A stretch of DNA of 64,000 nt. Origin: Octopus vulgaris. Lineage: Eukaryota. Positions 1 through 10,842 of the stretch are shown one piece after another; within the stretch, counting starts at the first letter, position 1, and every line of letters starts with the position of its first letter. The position numbers and the translations under genes are program-made. The stretch covers positions 41,664,001-41,728,000 of the forward strand of contig OX597835.1 of assembly GCA_951406725.2 (NCBI GenBank). Reading direction: 5' to 3'. The notes below the pieces were generated by a model. The model did not search any database. It was not told where the DNA came from and saw only the letters and a program-made list of their open reading frames with translations.

Positions 1-73
1 CTTTGCTATAGGTCCGTTGTAGCGCTCAAGAGTCAAAATCAAAATCAAAAAATCAAAATACAAAATATATACT

Positions 74-1287
74 CTATCCATATGGTATATTTATATTCGA
101 CATTTTAAATTTAGCCTTGTGCCTACATAAGTTCATTAATTCACTTCTTTGATTCAAAGAATTATTGTCTTTGAATAATATATGCATTTTTTCTAATAAG
201 CAAAGCCTGCACTTGAAATTATATTTGTAAGCTCCATGCCTGTATGGTGCCGCCCTGTCCAGAATGCTCCATGTCACGTTGAAAGGTGGGGCTTCCTTTT
301 CTTTTAGTTCCCAGACATATTTTGCTAGGCTGGTTTTCTTTCTATTCTCTGGGTATTTAAAAGAATTCTTATGAGAATAAAATCTTGTTTTAAATGAATT
401 TTCTGAAGCCCCTGTGTATGTCTTGTATTCCGATGAGCCTTCCACTTGCACCTTGGCTCTATAAACTACTCCTTTCACTAGACATTTCCCTTCTAACGGA
501 CAGGAGCTTTCGTTTTTGAAATTACATTTCTTAATGGGCTCGGCACCATGTCTAATCTCAATTAGCTTCCTATTATGTTGGCTAATGTAAGAGGCGAAAT
601 TTCTGCAACAAGAATAGCTAACCTTCAGGGTTCTTCTATTAAATATTCTGTAGAATTTATGACCCTGCCTAAAATGCTTAGAGACTAATCTCAAAAATTC
701 CTTACCTATATTAGTCTTTACGGCCAAATTGAAAGCCGGGTTGAACCACAAAACTTTCCTAGTCCTAGTTCTTCGTGCAGCATTATTATTAGCATTAAGC
801 TGGTTGAACTGGATCTTCTCCGAGAATCCACTATTCTTTAATGCGCTATCGTAATAAGGTGCAGCATTATGGAATGCTGCCTCGTCCGAAGAAATTGAAG
901 ATATTCTTCTACCTACATTGCTGACTAAGTTGCTAAGGATAACTGGTGGATGGTTCGAATCTTTGCTAATATACGATAGCTTTTCATTGGGCTTACGGAA
1001 AGGTTTAAATCTATCCGATCTTACATTAAAATTTACGTCTAAAAAATCTACACTATTCAGGTTAGTATCTATCGTAATCCGTAAGCCCATCCTTTGAAAG
1101 AAAGCTATAAGGTCCTTCCTAAGTCTATCTGATTCATGGCCGTTTAGATTATGCGTGGCTATAAGGCCGTCATCCCTATATAGACCTGCATCTATAAATG
1201 GGAATTCTATTTTTAGATTATGGAGAATAAAGGCTCCTATGAGCATACATAATTCAGCCCCGTCGTATGCCCCCATCGGTACATCGA
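74..1287 (-). mobile_element. 5'-truncated Penelope-like retroelement (Naiad-type), RT plus GIY-YIG endonuclease ORF
   Basis: FDVPMGAYDGAELC, LYRDDGL and VDFLDV (RT); CPLEGKC linker; GVVYRA...YTGASE...RF..H (GIY-YIG); CRLCLLEK and LNQRSELMNLCRH. The first ~10 aa of the listed ORF come from the inverted copy. Confidence 0.9.
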
Positions 1288-2720
1288 AAGACATACACAG
1301 GGGCTTCAGAAAATTCATTTAAAACAAGATTTTATTCTCATAAGAATTCTTTTAAATACCCAGAGAATAGAAAGAAAACCAGCCTAGCAAAATATGTCTG
1401 GGAACTAAAAGAAAAGGAAGCCCCACCTTTCAACGTGACATGGAGCATTCTGGACAGGGCGGCACCATACAGGCATGGAGCTTACAAATATAATTTCAAG
1501 TGCAGGCTTTGCTTATTAGAAAAAATGCATATATTATTCAAAGACAATAATTCTTTGAATCAAAGAAGTGAATTAATGAACTTATGTAGGCACAAGGCTA
1601 AATTTAAAATGTCGAATATAAATATACCATATGGATAGAGTATATATTTTGTATTTTGATTTTTTGATTTTGATTTTGACTCTTGAGCGCTACAACGGAC
1701 CTATAGCAAAGTCTTATTGTTTCTACATATATATATTAGGAAAAACCTACAAACTTTGTTTTCATGTTATTGTATTGCATAAGATTACCTTGATTATTTA
1801 TATTACCTTGATTATTTATAAATGACCCAAAATAGGATGTTATATTTTATTTTATAGGTCTTTCGTATATATTTTTATTAATGCACCCATTTTTTAAAAG
1901 CAATATTTTTTTATAAAAAAAGCAATGTTGTCAAATTTAGAATGTTTATATAAGTTTGTGTATAGCAAAGCATATGTATTTGTAAGCATGCGTATCTGTG
2001 TATGTGTGAGTGAAAGTATGCTTGTGCTTAAGCACACATATACACGACGGTATGTATATGTATCAATTCAAACTTGTGTATGTATACAGGCCTCTATAGA
2101 TGCCAAATAGCATCGCTACAAGTTTTTTCCCCACCCCTCCTCCGTTTCTTCTCTCTTTCCCTTTCTTTCGTTCCCCCTCCTTGCTCAGTATATGAGAATT
2201 GCTACATAGATGAATTTTAGCTTGCGTGCGAGACGGTTTGCGTGAATATATGTACACATGCTTTTATGTGTATAATTTAGATTCATATTCATACGTCTGT
2301 ATATGTATGTATGGCGTTTACGCGCATCCTTTTGTGTATGTTGATATATATATGTGGATTTTTATATAAATATGTATTGCAGTATTTATAACAGGTTTAA
2401 TTTCTATGCATTAATTTGTACTGTCTTCATTAACGGCAACAGGTTTTTTCCTCGGTATTTTCCTCGGATTTTATAATTTTTATAAGTTTTTATATATATA
2501 TACATATATTTTTGACCTTTTTGTTTATCGCTCGAAGATTGACCGTTTTTTTCTAAAGGGCCAATCAAACAAGTCCATTTCTTTTTAAAGGTGTAGCGTT
2601 TGTAAGAGTATAGATTGAATTAATATATATGTTCCATTCTAGCAAAAACTGTCTGATGAACGGCAACGAGAAACTCAGAGTAACAGATTTTGTTGAATTT
2701 TCTGCTGCTTAAAATAAAGT
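1288..2720 (+). mobile_element. Inverted 3' copy (pseudo-LTR / 3' region) of the same Penelope-like element
   Basis: 1288-1711 is the reverse complement of 1-424 and gives an identical translated C-terminus. It continues as AT-rich UTR-like sequence to a hammerhead near 2650. Right boundary approximate. Confidence 0.8.
2644..2691 (+). ncRNA. Minimal type I hammerhead ribozyme
   Basis: AAAAACTGT-CTGATGA-ACG(GCAA)CGA-GAAA-CTCAGAG-TA-ACAGATTTT: intact cores, stem I CTGT/ACAG extended by A/T pairs, short stem III, GUA cleavage site at 2682; stem II weak. Confidence 0.7.
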
Positions 2721-3902
2721 ATATATATATATATATACAACCATGGTTGTCTTTGCATACAGGCATTCTCCTGCATCCTTCTTTAACTGAACTATCCTTG
2801 TCTGTTAGTGCTGGTGCAATGTAAAAAGCACCCAGTACACTCTGTAAAGTGGTTGGCATTAGGAAGGGCATCCCAGCTGTAGAAACCATATTAAAGACAT
2901 GAAGCCTGGGCTGCACTTCTGCTGGCAAACTCCTGTGAAACCGTCCAACCCATGCCAGCATGGAAAATGGACGTTAAATGATGATGATATAATCCAGTTA
3001 AGAAGACATCTTAAATGTTCGGTTACAATTGTTTTCGTACCAGCTCTGCTTTCAGTGCCACTTCACTTAAAAGTTCAAGGTGAAAATTGACACAATATTT
3101 GCAGTTTTAAGCATTAGAGTGGACACTTCCTTAGTCTTGCGTTAAAAGTGTGCTCTAATGTTGTGGGTCTGCAAGACTGTGTTTTGCTTATAACAGGAGG
3201 AAACAAAAAGTAAATAAAGAAGGAAGCGTAAACAGACTGCGCCAGAATAGATAAAGGTGTGGTTAGGAGGATGAGGAAGTAGTATAGAGGGGAAGGAGAA
3301 CAGAAGGGAAAAAATGAAGATGGCTTTATCTTATATTTGCTTCAGTCATTTGACTGCAGCCATGCTGGATCGCTTGGAATAGATCCCTTATTCTTTGTAA
3401 GCCTTGTACTTATTCTATCAGTCTCTTTTGTCAAACTGCTAAGTTACAGGAATGTAAACACACCAACATTATTTGTCAAGTGATGGAGTGAAGACACACA
3501 AAAATACACACACACACATATATGTACAATGGGTTTCTTTCAGTTTCCATGTACCAAATCTATTCACAAGACTTTGGTTGATCCAAGGCTATAGTAGAAG
3601 ACACTTGCCCAAGGTACCACATAATGGGACTGAACCAAGAGCGATGTGGTAGGGAAGCAAGCTTCTTACCACGCCTGCGCCTATATATATATAAATATAT
3701 TTATATATATATAATAAATTCAGGCTGAATACTTCGTAAGTGTAAGCACCTGTATATGCCAGCTAGTAGCATAGGTGAGAGGATATATGTATCAAATGAA
3801 ATAAATGAAAAATAGGACACAAAGGATGTCGCGGTATATATATACCATTATAAACAATACCAAATGTTCTTTCTCAGACCTTTCTTTGGTGTAGCAATTG
3901 CA

Positions 3903-3996
3903 TGCGGCTGAAGAGGGCTTTAAACTATCTGTTATGTCGATTATACATTGATGTAAGAATAAGTTGTTTTATAAAGCTCGAAACATGTGTACCGCG
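3903..3996 (+). ncRNA. Type I hammerhead ribozyme in a small fold-back Penelope-derived element
   Basis: GCGG-CTGAAGA-GGGCTTTA...TAAAGCTC-GAAA-CATGTG-TA-CCGC; all three stems pair; an inverted copy of the 3' flank lies at 3783-3837. Confidence 0.78.
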
Positions 3997-4905
3997 ACAT
4001 CCTTTGTGTCCTGTTTTTCATTTTATTTCATTTGATACATATATATATATATTATACAATAATGTATGTGTTGTCCCCCCCCCCCACCTCTGCTTGACAA
4101 CCTATGTTGGCGCGTTTCCGTTCCTATATCCTAGCGGTTCAGCAAAAATGACCGATAGAATAACTACCAGGTCGATCCGTTCGATTGAAATTCTTCAAAA
4201 CGGTGCTCCAGCATGGCCGTAGTCTAATGGCTGAAAGAAGCGTCTACATTGCGCCATGAGAAAAACAGTTGGCGGTTGAAGTCGGAGGGTTAAGTTTTTC
4301 CCAGAAATGGGCGGGGTGGGGAGATTGTCTGATGGTGTGAAAAGCTTTGTAATCTCTTCTCAGAAAAAGATTCATTCACCGACAGGTTACGGCACGACAC
4401 GAAAGAGAAGTGAAAGAAGGACTATAAATGCTTTCGAATCACTTGACTACAAACCCGAACAATAACAAAAATTGGCCTTGAGTTACATAATTAATGGAAA
4501 ACAATGTGGCGGTTGATAGGAGGGCGGGATGGCGACGACGATGGTGGTGGTGGTGGTGGCGACGACGGCGGTGGTGGTGGTGGCGGCGACGACGGTGGTG
4601 GTGGTGGTGGTCGCGGTTGTGAAACTTAACCGTCGTGTTTATACATGAGTGTTTTGGGCCGATCGATTTGAATTGTAAAGTAGGTATTTAAAAATTCCTT
4701 TTTAGTGTTCGTTTTGCGGCCGGGGATGGCAGTTGATGCGTTCATCTGTGAAAATGTTTGAATTTAACCAATGATTAAAAGAAAGAAAAAAAAAAAATAA
4801 TAATAAATAAAATTCCTTCGTTTCTTCTGAAAAATGTCAGGTTAAATTAAAAACCATGTGTCGCCAAAAAAATGAAGCAAAGACTGACATTTTATATCAA
4901 TCAGA

Positions 4906-5310
4906 GGATCTTTTCGGTTTGGACGGCAGATTTTTCTAGCAATGTCATATGAAATTGTCACCCATAATTATGACCCTAGTATCGATCTATTGCATTTCTA
5001 TCTGGGTTAGGGGTGGGGGGAAGGGTATCTTTTTTTCATCAGAAATGTAAATAAACCCAATCTGTTTCTTAAACGAAGGACATATTCATACGGCACAGAA
5101 TGTTTTCACCTCAATGGACGTCATTGATTGGTTGAAATTGCAGAAATTGAAGAAAAAAAACCCCAAATATCTCACAAACTATAGAATTTTCTCAATAAAG
5201 CCAAGAGAAAAAGATGTTTTATAAACACATTCTACCAGTATACGAAGTTTTAAAGTGTTTAGTTACGTGGCAATTATTTAAAAAAACTGCCGGTCAAACC
5301 GAAGAGATCC
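4906..5310. mobile_element. MITE with GGATC-terminal TIRs and an 8-bp TSD (Merlin-like)
   Basis: TIR GGATCTTTTCGGTTTGGACGGCAG / CTGCCGGTCAAACCGAAGAGATCC; TSD CAATCAGA on both sides. Confidence 0.8.
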
Positions 5311-5694
5311 CAATCAGACATTTTTACATGTATGTGTGTATGTATGTATGCATACATCCAGATATGTATATAAGTATGCATGTACGTACGTGTGTGTACG
5401 TATCTGTGTGTATATGCGCGTTTTTGTATGTATATATATATATATACACACACATATAGGTATATGTGTGTCGTGCTATACAGCCGTTTTGGATTACATC
5501 TGAATTAAAATGTTGAATAAAAAAATTCAGTAAAAAAGTCACACAAGCTGAAACCTTGATTAAAAATACTCTAATTTTTTAACTTTAAATCGGTTCTGCA
5601 TCTTTCACAAAAAACGTAAAGACCTCCTTCGGTCATGAATGGCCATGGCATTGCATATCCCATGGTCATTCTGTAAGGTTATACATTACATTTA

Positions 5695-6189
5695 CCGTAA
5701 ATCTTCGAGTATAATACGCAGGGGATTTTTAGGGGGCTGTACCTCTGAAAAACCTAAACCTTGTGTATAATACGCACCCTTTCTCTAACTTGAGTCAAGG
5801 AGGTCTATATAACGTCCTTGGTTTGTAAAAATGTATACGGTAATGTCCTTTATTAATATTGTATATATAACATAATGCAAACGTGTAACTTTTTTGTACA
5901 TTTTGTTTGCAGAAAATAAAGAAATAACAGTAATAACGTTTAATAAATGTTGCTTATTGCAAGTTATGGATGATTCTTTTATGACTTCATTGCTTTCTGG
6001 CTTAGCTTAAGGTATTTTCACGCCCGACATCACAAAATGCGTCTGAATAAACATTGTCGGACAGCAAAGAGAGACTCGGACATTGCTTAGAAAATAATTT
6101 TCATTTTTAACCTCGTATATAGTATGCACTAGGGATTTTGACCTTTAAATTTTGGGGGAAAAATGCAGATTATACTCGAGGATTTACGG
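5695..6189. mobile_element. Tc1/mariner-superfamily MITE (CCGTA termini, TA TSD), copy 1
   Basis: TA-CCGTAAATCTTCGAGTATAAT...ATTATACTCGAGGATTTACGG-TA; near-identical copies at 29996 and 42972. Confidence 0.82.
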
Positions 6190-7062
6190 TATTCTTTTGA
6201 AGTCGCCACCGGACCACATGAATGACCATGGAATTGCACATGGGAAACATCATCATCACCCTCATCAATAATTATCACCTTCTTCCTTCGCCGTCTTCTC
6301 TTTGTCGTCATCACCATCATCATTACGCCCAAACACATTCCGTTTGGCCCATGCAAGAAGAAAAAGTGGATGGTAAACTACGACGACGATGATGATGATG
6401 ATATGCATTTATACACGCATGTATGCAGTATGTTTGGTCACGTATGCATGTACGTACATATATATGCATGTGTACATGTACGCATGCATGCACATGTATG
6501 TTTGCATATGTGTAAGTATACATGCATGTGTGTGTGTGTGTGTGAATATATGGATGTATGTCTGTACGTATGTCTGTATGTATTTTTGTACGGTACAGTA
6601 TTCACAAGCAATAATTACCAAATCTTGCTAAAATCAAATTCCAAGAACTTCTGTTTACGATATACAACTTTATTGTCACACATAATTCCCTATTTTAATT
6701 AATATATTTGTTTGTTTCACCTCAAAATCAGGGCGATTGCCCGCAAGTTGAAAAACATAAAAACTATTTTTTCTCCACGAATTTATGAATAATTCATAGA
6801 ATGTGGTCACAATGTCTACAACTTGAATTACAATATTTAAATATGGTAATTTCGAAATCGCCAAATGTTAATTCAACTTTAAATTTTCCCGTCGTTTTGT
6901 CATGGATTATATAAGTTTGTTTAATTATAAACATTGGTGCAGACGTAGCTGTATGGTAAGAAGTTTGATTCACAACCGCGGGGATCCGAGTTCAGTCCCA
7001 TTATGTGACACCTTGGGCAAGTGTCTTCTGTAGAAGCTCGTTGTATGAAATATCTGCGCGCG

Positions 7063-7096
<34 letters not shown>

Positions 7097-7098
<2 letters not shown>

Positions 7099-7300
7099 TA
7101 ATCCAAACAAGAAAGCACACAAAAACACAACAACGCGAGGACGTGGAACAAATATAGTATTATTGGACGCTCAGGAAAGAAGGAGGGTATAACGTTTTGA
7201 GCGGAGCTCTTCGTCGGAAACATAGGAGAAGGAAAGATCCAGAGAAGGGAAGACAGAGGAAAAGAAATCGCCAACGGTACACACGCGGTCACACACACAC
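7097..7300 (-). mobile_element. Penelope-type 3' remnant with a degenerate hammerhead
   Basis: Minus strand GTTT-CCGACGA-AGAGC(TCC)GCTC-AAAA-CGTTA at about 7188-7221, with two core mismatches; flanked by (TA)n and (CA)n. Confidence 0.4.
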
Positions 7301-7467
7301 ACACACATACATATATATATGTATGTATGTATACATATAAAGATTATTGGAATATAGCATATATGTGTATGATACATACAATGTTATTCATTAAAGAAAG
7401 AGCAGATTTCAAATTTATTTTTAAAACAAACGGTAAGAGAGTCAAACACATTCTACATATTGCTTGA

Positions 7468-7852
7468 TAGGGTCCCGGGTCGTCCGTTAGGTTTGTTTCA
7501 TCGTAGTTCACAAAATTTGGTGCAGGTATACCATCTAAGCTATCAGCTAAATTGTTGAAATACGAGTAAATTGTAGGTCGAGAGACGGTGGTTCGTGCTT
7601 GTTCGATATTTTGGCATATTCATTCTCTTAAACTGTCTTTATGTGTCATGAGAAATGACTCAGCCCAATCTACACCAGGCATATTCCCTTTGAATCTTTT
7701 CACATCGACACCTCAACGATCCAGGTATACTTTAACGATCAGTCGCAAATCATAGGAGTCCATCGGATAGCCCCCAAGAGGCGCACAGCACGAGCCTTTG
7801 TACAAGAATTTCCTCCTCACCTGAAGATAAAACAGTCTGTCCACCATGTTTT
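7468..7852 (-). pseudogene. pogo/Fot1-like (CENP-B HTH plus DDE_1) transposase remnant
   Basis: Manual translation: KHGGQTVLSSGEEEILV...WG/YPMDSYDLRLIVKVYLDR*...PGVDWAESFL...YFNNLADSLDGIPAPNFVNYDETNLTDDPG; one frameshift and two stops. Confidence 0.78.
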
Positions 7853-8364
7853 CACATCAAATTCCTATATAATCGTAATCTACTCCATCTGAAAGGTATA
7901 CTCTCTCTTTTACTCCAACCTATGCTAGCATAGGCTGGACGATTTTGACTGAGGGCTGGCTAACCAGATGGCTGCACCAGGCTCCAATCTTGATCTGGCA
8001 GAGTTTCTACAGCTGGATGCCTCCGAGGAGTGTAGTGGGTGCTTTTTACGTGCCACCGGCACGGGGGCCAGTCAGGCGGTACTGGCAACGACCTCGCTCG
8101 AATCCTTTTACATATGCCACCAGCACAGGTGCCAGTGAGGCGACTTTGGTAACGACCACGCTCGAATGGTGCCCTGTTACATGCCACCGGCACGGAAACC
8201 AGTTAGCCTCTCTGGCAGCGATCACGCTCGGATGGTGCTCTTGGCACCCTACTAGTATGGGGCACAAGTGCCATTAAGGCGACGCTGGTAATCAATAAAT
8301 GAATGTAAGTAGTCTTTTTCCTGTTGTCTCATAAAAATAAAAGATTTATATCAAAACTGAAGGT

Positions 8365-8701
8365 TTTATTTGCTCTCATATTTCTTACGCCTTGGTTACA
8401 GGATCTGCGAATATACAGGAAATGCCATTGATATGCAGATATTTACATGGATGCATCTTAACAAACACTGACTCACACTCAACGAATTGTTTCCATTTGA
8501 AATCAATAAAACGAATCCAAGAGACACATATTGATTGGAAATAACCAAACACAAAATACAGATATCTGAGATTTATTCCACTTGTTGTTTGAGTAAAATA
8601 AATAGTTTAGCAGTTTTCTTTCTTTCTTTCTTTTGAGTGAATAAAGAATAATTTTTATCATTATTTTTACATTTACAAATTGATTAGTAATAAACTTTAT
8701 T
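8365..8701 (-). terminator. Candidate POLR3E polyadenylation signals
   Basis: AATAAA on the minus strand at 8696-8701, 8572-8577 and 8365-8370, downstream of the stop codon; which one is used is unknown. Confidence 0.4.
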
Positions 8702-9015
8702 TACAAGCAGATTTTAATTATTTTTAATAATTTTAATTATTTTTAATAATTTTAATTATTGTTGTTGTTCTTCTTCTTCTTGTGAATTTCTCTCCTTGAA
8801 TACATCCATTGTATCTTTGTAGAGATTTTTCTGCTATAGTCGTTTTGTTTTTTTTTCAATGTGAAAATATCAAATTGTGTTGCAGACACACAACCATGCA
8901 ATATCTCCCAGCGAAGAAAAGAAGATATCCACGTTGATATGTGATAATTTAATAGAATGATGGCAGAGGTCAACAAGGAAACGAGACAGGGGTGGTGGTG
9001 GTGGTGGTGGTGGTG

Positions 9016-9078
9016 TCATGACTCCTCTGTGTTGACCCCTTTCAAATACCAACATGACCCTTTTGTGATACAATAATC
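9016..9078 (-). CDS. POLR3E: POLR3E last coding exon (DYCITKGSCWYLKGVNTEES*)
   Basis: TTTCAG acceptor; WYLKG terminal motif; TGA at 9018-9016. Confidence 0.92.
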   Translation of the reverse strand, partial: DYCITKGSCWYLKGVNTEES

Positions 9079-10809
9079 CTGAAATTGAAAGAAGAAAGGA
9101 GTTAGAAACAATCCAGTCTTTGTAATTAGCAGAAATATATTTAGATTTGGGTTTTGCTGTTAAAAGATACTGGTGTAGGGCTACGGGGTTAAGGAGTTTG
9201 TTTCCCAGTTACATGGTTTCAGGTTCAGTCCCATCGTGTGGCACCTTCTACTATAGCCCAAGGCTATAATGTGGTGGATTTAATAGACAGTAACTGAAAG
9301 AAGTTGAGAGAGATAGAGAGAGAGAGATAGAAAAATAGAGAGAGTGTGTGTATATTATCATTTAACGTCCACTTTCCATGCTGGCATGGGTTGGATGGTT
9401 TGACTGAAAACAATTTCACACACACACATGTATACATACATACACCTACATGCGAGAGAAAGAGAGAGAGAGAGAGAAAGAGAGAGAGAGGGAGAAAGAG
9501 AGAGAGAGGGAGAAAGAGAGAGCAGGAGTGTGTGTACATGTTCATGTCTTGCTTTGGCATTTTGCAGTTGTATAACGAGTATTTCTGTCACAAGATGAGA
9601 GGAGACAGAAAAGGGACGAAGGGAGAAAACTGAAGTTATCCTTACCCGTAACAATTTTTTACAGTCGTTCTCAGAGATGGGGCAATCAAGTACCTCATCC
9701 ACTTTCTTCTTGAACAGGTTCGATGCTACGCGACAAGAAGTCTGTAACATACCAATAAGTACACCTCTCATCTGAAATGAAAAAAACAGGAAGATTTCTA
9801 AAGATTCTGCAACTGGGCAATGGACCCTTAACGAGGATCTCTGAAATTAAGCAAATACTCTAAAGAGAAGACAATTGCAGCGTGGAAGGTGTTTGTAAGC
9901 CATTTAAGAAACACACAAAAGCCGTTCGATTCACTTCAACATTTAAGTTTAATTTCTTAAAATATTTTTGTCAGTGAACAGGTCGCGGTCTTAAAGCAAC
10001 GAAAATATTTTGACAAATTAAACAACCCTTTTGTAACTAACCCGGCCAAAACTCTGGCCAAAACCCGGCCAAAACTCTGGCTCTGTAGTACATATGTCTT
10101 ATTTTCATAAGTTTTGAATAAAAATCTTCCGCCAAACCTTAGTCACAATTTATACTCCTAACACTCGCTTAATGATAACTAAGTTATTTTACTAAAATCT
10201 TCGTTATATTTGAAATAAGTGAAAGAAACACAGAGCATCTCAAAATAAATACGGTAACGAAAGGGTTAAATGTTGAAGTGAATCGAACAGCTTTTGTGTG
10301 TTTCTTAAATGGCTTACAAACACTTTCCACGCTGCAATTGTTTTCGTTTCAGCACACGATCTCAGATCAAATCACTTGCTATGCAAGTACATCTCTAAAG
10401 AGAAGGGTATCTTTGTATATGACCAATACTAATTTAACCTATTTAAAGAAGGAAAAATAAATAAAAGCTAGTGATGTCGTTTGTGAAGTTTGAACTTGGA
10501 TTCATTCCTTAGAACTTTGGTTATTAACCAGTCAAATATTTTATGATTACATCAGAAAACAGGAAAATGTTACACATCAAACAGGAGTTTGCCTGCCTGT
10601 CTATAATATATATTTTTTTTTTTAATAATGATTTTTCAACAGTAAAGGCGCAGGAGTGGCTGTGTGGTAAGTAGCTTGCTTACCAGCCACACGGTTCCGG
10701 GTTCAGTCCCACTGCGTGGCACCTTGGGAAAGTGTCTTCTACTATAGCCTCAGGCCGACCAAAGCCTTGTGAGTGGATTTGGTAGATGGAAACTGAAAGA
10801 AGCCTGTCG

Positions 10810-10842
<33 letters not shown>

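Noticed and set aside
1267-1638. 123-aa plus-strand ORF as a separate gene
   Set aside because: It is only the inverted copy of the Penelope endonuclease C-terminus, with a chance ATG across the junction
1819-1845. SECIS element in the Penelope 3' region
   Set aside because: The ATGA...AA...GA spacing is too short for a SECIS helix, and the ORF fragment has no in-frame UGA
4240-4760. CpG-richer unique stretch with (GGT/GGC)n as the promoter or first exon of another gene
   Set aside because: No ORF, matching exon or clear core motif supports it
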